From a virus (lineage: Duplodnaviria > Caudoviricetes), in IMG/VR virus record IMGVR_UViG_3300024520_000071, positions 1-63,106 of that record: DNA of 63,106 nt. One strand, written 5' to 3'. The position numbers and the translations under genes are program-made. The notes under the pieces are model-generated. The model searched no databases and was not told the origin of the DNA. It worked only from the letters and a program-made list of their open reading frames with translations. Of the stretch, positions 16,678 to 26,030 are shown in pieces (the stretch's first letter is position 1; the number at the start of each line of letters is the position of its first letter).

Positions 16678-16895
16678 AAAACGTAGCGAAAGCAGCAAAG
16701 CGCCTGATGTCGCCTTCTAATCTGGTCGAATTCAAGAAGGTTCTTGAAGAAGAGCAGACGGCGATTATCAAGGCGTTGCTTTCGCCCGACACTGACATTC
16801 AACAACCAGAAATCTTTCGGTTACGCGGGCAGGCCCAGGTCGTCGCGTTACTGATACGTGCCGTAGGCGACGAGCTCGCGGCACTGAGAAAATGA
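16674..16895 (+). CDS. Bbp19-like small head-module protein
   Basis: Short helical ORF with FRLRGQAQ between portal and scaffold. Confidence 0.55.
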   Translation: MKNVAKAAKRLMSPSNLVEFKKVLEEEQTAIIKALLSPDTDIQQPEIFRLRGQAQVVALLIRAVGDELAALRK

Positions 16896-16968
16896 AATAC
16901 AACCACAATCAACGCCCCTGTGGATTAGCCGATCCGTGCTCCCCCAGGACTGTAAGAGGACAACAACC

Positions 16969-18069
16969 ATGAACACCAACGTAGACGACACACTGCCCCC
17001 GGCGTTACGCAGGAAGAACGACGCACTTGACGAACAGCTGAAATCAGGCGGTGCCGCTCCGGCGCCCACGCCCGAACAGCTGGTTATCGAGGCCCCGGTT
17101 ATTCCAGCGGCACCTTCCGTGATCGAGCCAGTGGTCACTGCACCAACACCCACACCAGCACCTACGCAACAGATTGTTCCCCAGCAACCGTCACCCGGGG
17201 TATCTCCGGACTTGGCACGGCTGGAAACTGAAAATCAGACGTTGCGCCGAGACCTCGCGATTGCCGAACAGCGATTTCGTACATCCGAAGGCCGGTATGA
17301 GAGCCAGCACGGTCAGGTGAAAGCCGAGAATGAGCAGTTACGCTTGCAGATGACGGCCAATGAAACAGCTGTCGAGTCAATGCGCAACGAGCTCGCCCAG
17401 CTTCGCCAGCAGACCAAGGTGTCATATACCGATTTCCTTGACGCTGATACGAAAGAAGAGTTCGGCAATGACACGTTCACGCCAGATGCGATGCAGAAGT
17501 ACATCGCCGCCATGACGGGCCAGAAAGACGATGAGATCATCGAGCTCCGAAAGACGGTTGACGCTATGCGTGAGAATTTCGCATCAATGGACAATCAGGT
17601 CAACGCAATCAAAGGCGACGTCACAACCGTCATCCCGGATTGGAACGACGTGAACAATGGCCTTGGAGAATGGGCGTTTTGTGGAGGGTGGGGAACATGG
17701 CTTGGCCCCGAGGAACCACCGAGTGAGCGACGGTCGGCAGTTACAGCTGCTTTCCAGAACGGCGATTGGTACACTGTCAGCGCCTATGTCAATCAGTTCA
17801 AGAGCGACAAGGCAGGCGAATCTGCTACGGCGCAGTTGCAGAACCAAATAGTACCTGAGTATCAGGGGAGTAACGGATCTTCGGTCCCATCTCAACCATC
17901 CGCGACTCAGCAGGATAACCCGGTTTACACAAGCCAGAGATTCGATGAATTTCGGCGTAAATCTCGTGATCACAGCTGGGCGAATTCGGAAGAGTGCAGA
18001 CTCGAAGAACAAGCACAAAAAGAAGCTATGCAGGCTGGGACATTTGAACCAATGTTCAGTCCTGCTTAA
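16969..18069 (+). CDS. Capsid scaffolding protein
   Basis: Pro-rich N-terminus, coiled coil, PDW..VN..W; immediately upstream of MCP. Confidence 0.75.
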   Translation: MNTNVDDTLPPALRRKNDALDEQLKSGGAAPAPTPEQLVIEAPVIPAAPSVIEPVVTAPTPTPAPTQQIVPQQPSPGVSPDLARLETENQTLRRDLAIAEQRFRTSEGRYESQHGQVKAENEQLRLQMTANETAVESMRNELAQLRQQTKVSYTDFLDADTKEEFGNDTFTPDAMQKYIAAMTGQKDDEIIELRKTVDAMRENFASMDNQVNAIKGDVTTVIPDWNDVNNGLGEWAFCGGWGTWLGPEEPPSERRSAVTAAFQNGDWYTVSAYVNQFKSDKAGESATAQLQNQIVPEYQGSNGSSVPSQPSATQQDNPVYTSQRFDEFRRKSRDHSWANSEECRLEEQAQKEAMQAGTFEPMFSPA

Positions 18070-18086
18070 ACTAAAGGAATCAGATC

Positions 18087-19010
18087 ATGGGACTTGGAGT
18101 ATCACCAGGCCATCCGCAGCAAACCGGCGTTCTCACTCCGGAAGTGTGGAGCACAAAGCTGCTCGTGAAGTTCTACAAGGCGACGACCTACGGGGCGATT
18201 GCCAATACGGACTACGAGAACGAAGTCAAGGATTACGGCGATCAGGTGAAGATCCGCACGACTCCTGACATTACCATCCACGACTACACCAAGGGGCAGT
18301 CTCTCACGACGAGTCGTCCGCTCCCGAATGTCGTCACGCTCACGATTGACAAAGCGAAGTATTGGAATTTCCTGGTCGAAGATGTCGACCACTTCCAGTC
18401 CGACGTCGACTACATGGAAGACTGGACGCAGGAAGCGGCACTCAAGACGGAGGAATCAGTCGATTTCGACCTGAACGCCGATATCTTCGCGAACGCTCAT
18501 GCCTCGAACAAGGGCAATTCCGCAGGCGCGATCAGCGGCAACATCTCGCTGGGTGCCACTGGCGCCTCGCTTGCGCTCAACAACGGCAATGTGATCAATC
18601 ACATGGCTGACGTCGAGTTGGCTCTGAACGAACAGGAAGTCCCGGAGTGGGACCGGTGGTGGGTCGCCCCGTCGTGGTTCATCAAGCTCGTCCGGACGTC
18701 CGACGCGGTCAACGCCGAAATGCTCGGTGACGCCTCTTCGATGATCCGCGGCAGCAAGCGCATCGGTGAGCTCTACGGCTTCACGTTCTACCGCAGCAAC
18801 CAGTTGAGCACAGTCACGGACGGCGCATACACCGTTACGCACTCGCTCGCCGGCCAGCGCAAGGCGTTGTCGTTCGCTTCCCAGTTCACTCAGACTCAAC
18901 TGCTCACGAGCGAAGACCAGATGGGGCACAAGTGCCGCGGTCTGTACGTCTTCGGTTATGACGTGCTCAAGTCGGAAGCTCTGGTGGACGACTACATCCG
19001 CGAAGGCTGA
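18087..19010 (+). CDS. Major capsid protein
   Basis: TPEVWSTKLL, NTDYENEV..YGD.VKI, LTIDKAKY, IGELYGF..Y.SN, RGLYVFG..V. Confidence 0.92.
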   Translation: MGLGVSPGHPQQTGVLTPEVWSTKLLVKFYKATTYGAIANTDYENEVKDYGDQVKIRTTPDITIHDYTKGQSLTTSRPLPNVVTLTIDKAKYWNFLVEDVDHFQSDVDYMEDWTQEAALKTEESVDFDLNADIFANAHASNKGNSAGAISGNISLGATGASLALNNGNVINHMADVELALNEQEVPEWDRWWVAPSWFIKLVRTSDAVNAEMLGDASSMIRGSKRIGELYGFTFYRSNQLSTVTDGAYTVTHSLAGQRKALSFASQFTQTQLLTSEDQMGHKCRGLYVFGYDVLKSEALVDDYIREG

Positions 19011-19062
19011 TAGCCTGACCGGATTCCCAACAACCTCAACATGATACATAAGGAGAAATATC

Positions 19063-19524
19063 ATGGCAGTTGATCTCGACCTCGCAATCGGCGGAACTAC
19101 TGGTTCCCCCGCAAACACACGCGGTATCCCGGGTCCGTTCGCGGGCTCGCTTACCGTGAATTTCGCAGACAGCCCGCTGGCGATTCAGCCAGCATGGCAT
19201 GTGATCGCGAATATGCCTGCTGGCGCCATCATCCAGCACACGGTGATCCTCGCCGAAGAGGCGGTCACTGGCGGTACTGGGTTCAACCTCGGTACTGCTC
19301 TTGACGGCAGCAGCTACACCGTTGACAACATCCTCGACGGGGCTGACATGAGCGCCGCCGGGAATTTTGAAGTCGGCGACAGTGATGAAGCTGCTTTGGG
19401 CGGATTCTTCACTGCGGCCTCCGAGCTCCGGCTCGAAGCTGTGGCAGCTGCGACTGACGGTATCATCACGATCCAGTGGGTCGGCTGGTACTTCGGTACG
19501 GCGGTAGGTGAAGTCCGCACGTAA
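19063..19524 (+). CDS. Capsid cement/decoration protein
   Basis: Small beta-rich protein with MPAGAII directly after MCP. Confidence 0.65.
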   Translation: MAVDLDLAIGGTTGSPANTRGIPGPFAGSLTVNFADSPLAIQPAWHVIANMPAGAIIQHTVILAEEAVTGGTGFNLGTALDGSSYTVDNILDGADMSAAGNFEVGDSDEAALGGFFTAASELRLEAVAAATDGIITIQWVGWYFGTAVGEVRT

Positions 19525-19535
19525 GCGACAATGTT

Positions 19536-19600
19536 TCGAGTCGGCAGCGTTCTCAGCCTTGTGGTTGGGCGGGGGGCGCGGCCGGCTCGATTCCTTTTTC
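19536..19600 (+). terminator. Long hairpin followed by U-rich tract
   Basis: TCGAGTCGGC/GCCGGCTCGA outer stem then TTCCTTTTTC, after the capsid genes. Confidence 0.6.
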
Positions 19601-19627
19601 TCAAATTCAACCACACCGGAGAAGTTC

Positions 19628-20383
19628 ATGAAGAAGAAAAATGCAGGCACAACGACTGATACGACCTCGATCCCGGAAGCCGCTCCGACAGCGGAGCCAG
19701 TGGTCGTCCAAAACGATTTGCCCGGCAACAACACGATGGCCGCGCCCACTCTCGAAACAATCATGGTGCAGATGATGCAGGCCCAGCAGGCCCAGTCTGC
19801 ACAGATGATCGCATCCCAGGAAGCGATGACGACCCTGATTTCCCAGCTGGCAGTGCAGAATCAGGCATTTGTCACGCTGCACGAGGAAAGCCAGTCGTTA
19901 CAGGCTATCCGCACCGGCAAGATCGACGCTCCCGGCGAACCCGTGTACGACGAAAACACGATCTATCTGGTCGACAACCGTCCGGAGCAACTTGGTCAGG
20001 TCTTGATCTACAACGAAGGACTGCTTCCCCGCGTCGGCCAGGATTTCGATATCTGGATTCCGCCCGGCTGCAATGCCAAAAGCTGTACCCGTTCTCTCGA
20101 GCTCTACAACGGCCTGAACGCCACGGTTGCGAAAACGACCGAGACGATGACCAGGACCGAGCTCTTCCAGTACATCGGGCGTCGGCAGCTGGCGATGGAG
20201 AGCGGTGTCGCGGATCTGTCTCTCGAGGAACTGCGCGAAGCAGTATCGAAAGCGGACCATTTCCAGACCAACACTCCGAAAATCTCCCGGACGGCGATTA
20301 TCGACGGGGCAACAGGTCAGACGGTCGCCGAGGCCATAGCCTCCGAGCACGGCAAGGCGCCAGCACCATCCGGGATCGGCTGA
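19628..20383 (+). CDS. Hypothetical late protein
   Basis: GGAG RBS; ORF in late operon. Confidence 0.65.
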   Translation: MKKKNAGTTTDTTSIPEAAPTAEPVVVQNDLPGNNTMAAPTLETIMVQMMQAQQAQSAQMIASQEAMTTLISQLAVQNQAFVTLHEESQSLQAIRTGKIDAPGEPVYDENTIYLVDNRPEQLGQVLIYNEGLLPRVGQDFDIWIPPGCNAKSCTRSLELYNGLNATVAKTTETMTRTELFQYIGRRQLAMESGVADLSLEELREAVSKADHFQTNTPKISRTAIIDGATGQTVAEAIASEHGKAPAPSGIG

Positions 20384-20384
20384 A

Positions 20385-20714
20385 ATGGCATTCCTCGTAT
20401 CCAGCATTGTTGATGAAGTGAGGGTTCGGATGAAAGATTCGATCGCTCCGAACCGGTATTCAGATGCATTCCTGATCGATGCCGTCAACAGTGCTGGCGA
20501 GGACGTGGTTGGCAGATATCCGCAGGCGTTACACGACGGGGCCATGTCGACAACGACGGAGTTTACGAGGGTCACTGCTCTTACGGATTCGGTTTTGGTG
20601 AACGATACCTACCGGAAGCCTTTCGTGAACAACATGGTCGCGCAATGCTACGAGCTCGACGGCGAACATGCCGGCAATCTCAGAACCGCTGACTATCACA
20701 GGAAACTCGGCTGA
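20385..20714 (+). CDS. Head-tail adaptor-like protein
   Basis: IVDEVRVRMKD...RYSD..L..AVN; position. Confidence 0.65.
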   Translation: MAFLVSSIVDEVRVRMKDSIAPNRYSDAFLIDAVNSAGEDVVGRYPQALHDGAMSTTTEFTRVTALTDSVLVNDTYRKPFVNNMVAQCYELDGEHAGNLRTADYHRKLG

Positions 20715-21415
20715 TGGCTACCGTCAACACAGACAAGAAGATCCCCGAGGCTCGGTACTTCATGGACCTGGATCTCGTTGATGCCGGGGCGCGATTATTC
20801 GCTTCGACCAATGTCGTGACCCAGGTTCCGAAATGTTCGGACGTGGAGCTCAAGCTGGCGTTGCAGAAGCGGATGCGCGACTTCTGTACGCAAACGCTGT
20901 CGTTGGAGATCGACTTACTTGCCGAAGACATCATCGCGGATCAGAACGACTACGAATTCCTGATCATCGACGACAGCGACGAATGCTTCGAGATCGAGCA
21001 TTTGGTCAAGGTTCTGGTGGACCGCGTCGAGATGGTCCCTATGAAGGACTACATCATACCGAATCCTGGGAAACTGTTCTTCTATGCTCCGCCCGGCCTT
21101 GCGATCACTGGCGGTCTTGAGATGCGCGCAGCTATCAAGCCTCGCGTCGGCACCTCTGACATGGATCGTGTATTTTTCGATGAGTGGTATGAAGCGTTCG
21201 AGCACGGCGTCATCTACACGATGTTGCAGATGAACAACAAGCCATGGAGCAACCCTACCTTGGCGAATTTCCACAAGAGCGAGTGGGATCGGCTTATCAC
21301 GGATGCGATTGTAGATCGGCAGCTGGACGGCACGAACGGCATACCTACGGCGAGATTCAAGAACTGGACTGGCACGTCTGCCGGTCGTGGACGAGCAGGC
21401 CGGCTGTCGGCATAA
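20714..21415 (+). CDS. Adaptor/tail tubular protein A-like
   Basis: VP.C.......A......DFC.QT; G..Y.ML.M..KPWSNP.LA. Confidence 0.7.
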   Translation: MATVNTDKKIPEARYFMDLDLVDAGARLFASTNVVTQVPKCSDVELKLALQKRMRDFCTQTLSLEIDLLAEDIIADQNDYEFLIIDDSDECFEIEHLVKVLVDRVEMVPMKDYIIPNPGKLFFYAPPGLAITGGLEMRAAIKPRVGTSDMDRVFFDEWYEAFEHGVIYTMLQMNNKPWSNPTLANFHKSEWDRLITDAIVDRQLDGTNGIPTARFKNWTGTSAGRGRAGRLSA

Positions 21416-21427
21416 CGGAGTGATTCA

Positions 21428-21763
21428 ATGGCAATTCACGAATTGACAGCAGGCGACGATCTGCCGCCATTCAAATTCAACATCCAGAAGCCTTTGGGGA
21501 CGAATCTGGCACTGGCCGCGGCGGACACCGTCCATTTCTCATTCATCCGGCGCAGCACGAGCGCGGAAATCTTCAACGTCCAGTGTACCGCGATCACTGG
21601 CGGCACGACAACCTGGAAGGCGACTCCCCCGGCCAACGCCTTTGACGGTCTGGCGGGCGGCATCTATCTGGGGATCATCTATTTCTTGATCGGCGGCACT
21701 GATCGGCAGACCTCGACCGACCAGATCATGTTCCGGGTCAAAAAGAAACTGAGTACGACATGA
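21428..21763 (+). CDS. BppU N-terminal-like virion protein
   Basis: GDDLPPF.F, G.Y.G.I.F..G..QT pattern. Confidence 0.55.
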   Translation: MAIHELTAGDDLPPFKFNIQKPLGTNLALAAADTVHFSFIRRSTSAEIFNVQCTAITGGTTTWKATPPANAFDGLAGGIYLGIIYFLIGGTDRQTSTDQIMFRVKKKLSTT

Positions 21764-21921
21764 GCCTATCGACAGAACAATGTGATTTTCACATCACTGA
21801 TTTTACCGTGGATCAACTGCGCGTAGTGGCATTCGAGTGTTTGCCAGCAACCTACGAAGATGAATATTCACCCGAACTTGGCGCCTATGACTTAGGTGGA
21901 CCGGAGAGTGTAGCCCCATGA
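21760..21921 (+). CDS. Small acidic protein (53 aa)
   Basis: Fills the gap exactly with ATGA overlaps at both ends. Confidence 0.55.
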   Translation: MSLSTEQCDFHITDFTVDQLRVVAFECLPATYEDEYSPELGAYDLGGPESVAP

Positions 21922-22124
21922 GATATGTACGACAATTGAATGACGACTGGTGCGTGACGACAGGAGGTAATCGAGTTCTCCTGAACTGCGGCGATAGCGA
22001 AGCAGATGCCCAGGCCGAATGTGACCGCCTCAATGGCGTCGAGCCGAAACCCGTCCTCACGAAACCAGCGCCTGTAAAAAAGGCCCCTGCGAAAAAAAAA
22101 GCCCCGGCAAAGCGGAAGCGATGA
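21918..22124 (+). CDS. Small protein with histone-like KKAPA tail
   Basis: KKAPAKKKAPAKRKR C-terminus. Confidence 0.6.
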   Translation: MRYVRQLNDDWCVTTGGNRVLLNCGDSEADAQAECDRLNGVEPKPVLTKPAPVKKAPAKKKAPAKRKR

Positions 22125-22774
22125 ACGAAGGCCCTCTAATCTGGAAGCCGATGGTTGAAGCTGCGTGCGATGTGTACGACAGCCCCAATCGATTCAGTGC
22201 TGCCGGCGTCGAGTTCTCGACCGAGAAGGTAGGGGATCTGGATTGCTTCATCTTCGCCGGGACCAACGCGGGGAAGTCAGACAGCAAGATCCAGCGCCTT
22301 GCGGCCCGCCTGACCGATTGGGCGCGTAACTGTCGCCGCGGCCGGAAGTCCGTCACTGTCCGAGGGCGAAAGGTCAAGGTGCATTCCGGCTACTGGGAAG
22401 GCGCCGGGATCGCGATGACTCATTTAACAGCGTTTGCGGAGAGGCATGAAGAGATCGGAATCATCGGGCACAGTGCCGGTGCGGCCGAGGCTGCTTTGGC
22501 GGGAATCCAGATCGAGAGCAGGTTCCCCGGCAAGATCAAGCGACTCTGTTGCGCGGCCATGCCTCGGATCGGCAATCAGGCACTGTCCAACGCATTCGAA
22601 AGCCTCTTTCCGATGGCCGATCGTTACCGCCTGTATGGTCGCAAGCGTGATCCTATCTGCTTCCTGCCGGTATTCGGATACAAATTCCTCGCGCCAATCA
22701 CCTGGCTCCCAAGCAAATTGGACGGCAAGCTCGATCACGGCTGCTCGCAATACGCACAACTCGTCAACGAATAG
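22121..22774 (+). CDS. Class 3 lipase (alpha/beta hydrolase)
   Basis: FAGT, VHSGYW, IIGHSAGAA (GxSxG), MPRIGN, RDPICFLP, LDH...Y. Confidence 0.88.
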   Translation: MNEGPLIWKPMVEAACDVYDSPNRFSAAGVEFSTEKVGDLDCFIFAGTNAGKSDSKIQRLAARLTDWARNCRRGRKSVTVRGRKVKVHSGYWEGAGIAMTHLTAFAERHEEIGIIGHSAGAAEAALAGIQIESRFPGKIKRLCCAAMPRIGNQALSNAFESLFPMADRYRLYGRKRDPICFLPVFGYKFLAPITWLPSKLDGKLDHGCSQYAQLVNE

Positions 22775-22781
22775 GGATATC

Positions 22782-25187
22782 ATGTCCAACGTAACTGAAA
22801 ACGTCCTGATGGCGAACTACATCAGCACCACGCTGAACGGGGCGATCCTTGCCGGTGACCTCGCGATGACTTTGACCTCCGTGACCGGACTGCCGACGAT
22901 AACCACGGCAAACGGCAAGCATACCTATCTGGAATTACAGCAGGTGGCAACTCCGGCGAATCGCGAGATCGTCAAGGTTACGGACATCACCGGTTCCGTG
23001 CTGACCATCGTCCGGGCACAGGATGGCACGTCCGCGCTGGGTTTCGCCGATGGCGACCGGGTGCGTATGACGATTACGCGAATCTTGGAGGAGGACTTTC
23101 GTAATGAGCTCAAGGACGTGATCGATTACGTGGACTACGCTCTGCCGGGAATTGCCGACCAGACTGATGCGGCCGTAACCAACTCGATCGCTGAGATTAT
23201 GGCGAATTACGGCGCCACGACGTATCACACAATCATCCTGCGGCCCGGCACGTACACGATTCCAGACAACCTAACGTGCGACCAGTACACATCTTTCCAC
23301 ATTCTCGGGGGCGCCGAGTTTGACATCACGGTGAACAGTAAGACGCTGGCAATCAATGGGGGCGTGATGGCAGGCCACTATCCGATTAAGACGGCACCGT
23401 CAGGAACTGCTCGGAAGATGGAAATCTTCAATCAACCGGCTCTCGTTGAGTGGTATGGCGCCACGCCAAACATGGCAGCAGGAAAGGCAGTTCTCGAAAA
23501 CGCCGCATTGGGTGCCATTCATTTGGTCGTTTCGAGTGGTATCAATGTCGAAGATGATCTCACCTTGGACACCACCCTGGAAATCTTGGAAATCCGCAAC
23601 GGAGCCATCCTCACGGCAACGAGCACAAAGACACTGACGTTCTCTGGGCAGTTTATTCATGCGATTGAAGGCGATCAAGTCTTTGGATCGACAGGCATGG
23701 CTGGAACGATCAATAACGACTCGATAAGCGCACACTGGTTTGGAGCACAGGGCGACGGCGCAACGGACGATGAAACGTCAATCGAAGCCGCAATCACCTT
23801 CTCGCGCGCTGGCGGCACGATCACGTTTATCTCCGGGCTCACATACCTGACCGGCCAGATCAACGTCACCAAAGAAATCATCCTCGACGGCGGACACTTC
23901 AAGAGCACCGCGGCCAATGCCGGGGACTCGCTAATCGATCTGAATGGTTCGGGACCGTCCGACTCAACGATCAGGAATTGCTACATCGAAGTCCCAGGCG
24001 CGACTGTCGGCGGTGATGTCGCCGGTATCAAGATCGAGTCGTCTACCGGCGTGTTCATCTCCAACTGCACATTCAGCGGCGCCAAGGCCGCGGCAAGCAA
24101 CTCGGCCTGCGTTTATCTTGTATCGGCCCAGCGGGTCAATATCGAAAACTGCCGGTTCACCGGAGCGGACGAAAACACAGTGACTTTCGAGAACTCTTCG
24201 AATTGCACGCTCAACAACTGCATCCTGACATCGGCCGGCGCCGTAGGGTCCAGTGTTGAGGTTGCTGGCACGGGCGCCGCCTGCATGATCAGCGCGAACG
24301 TCATCAAGAGCCACCTCGGCAATGGCGTCACAGTCACGGCCTCTGATGTTGCGATCATCAATAATATGATCACCGGCAACGTACTAGACGGGATTGTGGC
24401 GGACGGATCGAACATTGCGATCACTGGCAATAACATCACTGGCGGCGGCGCGAAGACAGATAGTGGCGTGGCTTGCGGATCGAGCGCCAGCGGTATCGTG
24501 ATCTCCGGAAACTCGATCACTGACTTCTCGAACGCGGGTGGAGAAGCTGTGGACATCGATGCGGCAGCGACTGACATCGCCATCCAGGGCAATGTGCTGA
24601 CCGGTAACTTCGCCACCATTACCGATGCCGGCGGCACCAATGTCAAGATCGGCGCGAACGTCGGCGTCGACGACGTGTACATGGCCCAGTACGATACCGC
24701 CAACACGGTTGATGGCGTTGTTCTGGCAGACAACGTATGGACGATCATCCCGATAAACACCGAAATGGTTGGTGCGGATTTCGCGGCGGCACCGGCGGCA
24801 AGTCAGATCACAGTCCAGCCGGGCACTTATGAGTGCAGGTATCAGGTGATGGTGTCGAATGGAGGTGCCCAGACAGGCACATTCCAGGCAAAAATTCGCG
24901 ACACGACCGCCGATTTAGATATCAGCGTGGCAGACGGGTACAGTAGCGACTCTTACTCCCTGGTCGCGAATAGGACAGCGGGCGACGCATCCCAAACACC
25001 CATTGGTAAAACCTTTCGATTCAGTTTAACTGCCGCATCAGACCTTGAAATGCGAGTCTATGCAAACTTAGGCGTGGCAGGCGGAACAGGCAAAGCAGCT
25101 TTTGCCGCATCGGCTATCATTGAACTTCCGGGGGCTTCGGCACCAAAGGAAGTCTACGCCTGGCTCGAAATCCGGAGGGCTCAGTAA
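22782..25187 (+). CDS. Tail spike with parallel beta-helix (pectate-lyase-like)
   Basis: N-terminal EIVKVT....LTIVRAQDGT virion-attachment domain; WFGAQGDGATDD; repeated I.NC.F / I.GN.I rungs. Confidence 0.85.
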   Translation: MSNVTENVLMANYISTTLNGAILAGDLAMTLTSVTGLPTITTANGKHTYLELQQVATPANREIVKVTDITGSVLTIVRAQDGTSALGFADGDRVRMTITRILEEDFRNELKDVIDYVDYALPGIADQTDAAVTNSIAEIMANYGATTYHTIILRPGTYTIPDNLTCDQYTSFHILGGAEFDITVNSKTLAINGGVMAGHYPIKTAPSGTARKMEIFNQPALVEWYGATPNMAAGKAVLENAALGAIHLVVSSGINVEDDLTLDTTLEILEIRNGAILTATSTKTLTFSGQFIHAIEGDQVFGSTGMAGTINNDSISAHWFGAQGDGATDDETSIEAAITFSRAGGTITFISGLTYLTGQINVTKEIILDGGHFKSTAANAGDSLIDLNGSGPSDSTIRNCYIEVPGATVGGDVAGIKIESSTGVFISNCTFSGAKAAASNSACVYLVSAQRVNIENCRFTGADENTVTFENSSNCTLNNCILTSAGAVGSSVEVAGTGAACMISANVIKSHLGNGVTVTASDVAIINNMITGNVLDGIVADGSNIAITGNNITGGGAKTDSGVACGSSASGIVISGNSITDFSNAGGEAVDIDAAATDIAIQGNVLTGNFATITDAGGTNVKIGANVGVDDVYMAQYDTANTVDGVVLADNVWTIIPINTEMVGADFAAAPAASQITVQPGTYECRYQVMVSNGGAQTGTFQAKIRDTTADLDISVADGYSSDSYSLVANRTAGDASQTPIGKTFRFSLTAASDLEMRVYANLGVAGGTGKAAFAASAIIELPGASAPKEVYAWLEIRRAQ

Positions 25188-25651
25188 TGCGGGTACTCTA
25201 CGTTGATGACGATGACGACAACCGCAAGCAATTCTTGATTGCGGCGAGGATCGCACAGGTCGATCTGGATATCGATCTGGCGGCGAGCGTCGATGAGGCC
25301 GAAACGAAGATCAACGGCGTTGGGCAGTACGACATGATCGTCAGCGACGTCATCATGCCGGCGCGCAAGGGATGGGAGTTGATTCCGAAAGCGAAGAAAC
25401 GCGGGTTTCCGCTCGTGTTTGTCACCGCCTACACAGATCAAGCAGAGAAAGATCAGCACCTGTCAGGACATCTGGTCCTGGGGAAAGGCATGAATGGCTC
25501 GCCGACACAAGTCGAACTCTGTCAGGCTATCAGCAATGGAAGATTGGCAGTCATGGCAGCGGTAGATGACCTAAGCCGTTCAGCGGACGAGACGCAGATC
25601 ATGGCAAGGCAGATGACGCGCGAGACAGGACAGATGGTGGCACATGGATGA
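25187..25651 (+). CDS. Stand-alone response-regulator receiver (CheY-like)
   Basis: VLYVDDD (D7,D8), DMIVSDVIMP (D54), GWEL, PLVFVTAY (T80), K100. Confidence 0.88.
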   Translation: MRVLYVDDDDDNRKQFLIAARIAQVDLDIDLAASVDEAETKINGVGQYDMIVSDVIMPARKGWELIPKAKKRGFPLVFVTAYTDQAEKDQHLSGHLVLGKGMNGSPTQVELCQAISNGRLAVMAAVDDLSRSADETQIMARQMTRETGQMVAHG

Positions 25652-26030
25652 TAAAATTCTCGAAAACCTTGGCTTCATTAAAGGCACAATGGAAGGCGTA
25701 CAAGGTGAAATTGGGAAGGCTCGCGAAAATATCGCCACCTTATTCAACTCGGAAGCGGAGCATGACACAGAACTGCAAAAACAGTTACAGCGGATTGAGG
25801 CACTGGAAAAGGTCAATGACGATGCCTCTGAGTCTCAGGGAGATTGGAAGCGCGGGCTTGTCATGCCTTTGCTTGTTGCTGTTATCATGGCCGTGGCAAC
25901 GGCTATCGTCGGTGCCTATATCTGGGTTCAGGTGCAGCGCCAAATTGAAAACATGCGGATAGACCCGACAACACATGCCTTCATTGAAAGTCAACCAGAT
26001 GCGGGGGATGTCGCCGAGGACGGACGATAA
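25644..26030 (+). CDS. Holin-like membrane protein
   Basis: N-terminal coiled coil (RIEALEK) plus one TM helix LVMPLLVAVIMAVATAIVGAYIWV. Confidence 0.55.
   Translation: MDDKILENLGFIKGTMEGVQGEIGKARENIATLFNSEAEHDTELQKQLQRIEALEKVNDDASESQGDWKRGLVMPLLVAVIMAVATAIVGAYIWVQVQRQIENMRIDPTTHAFIESQPDAGDVAEDGR

Noticed and set aside
22434-22781. N-terminal extension of the tail spike in the ORF track
   Set aside because: Overlaps the lipase in another frame; ATG at 22782 begins a typical virion-attachment domain
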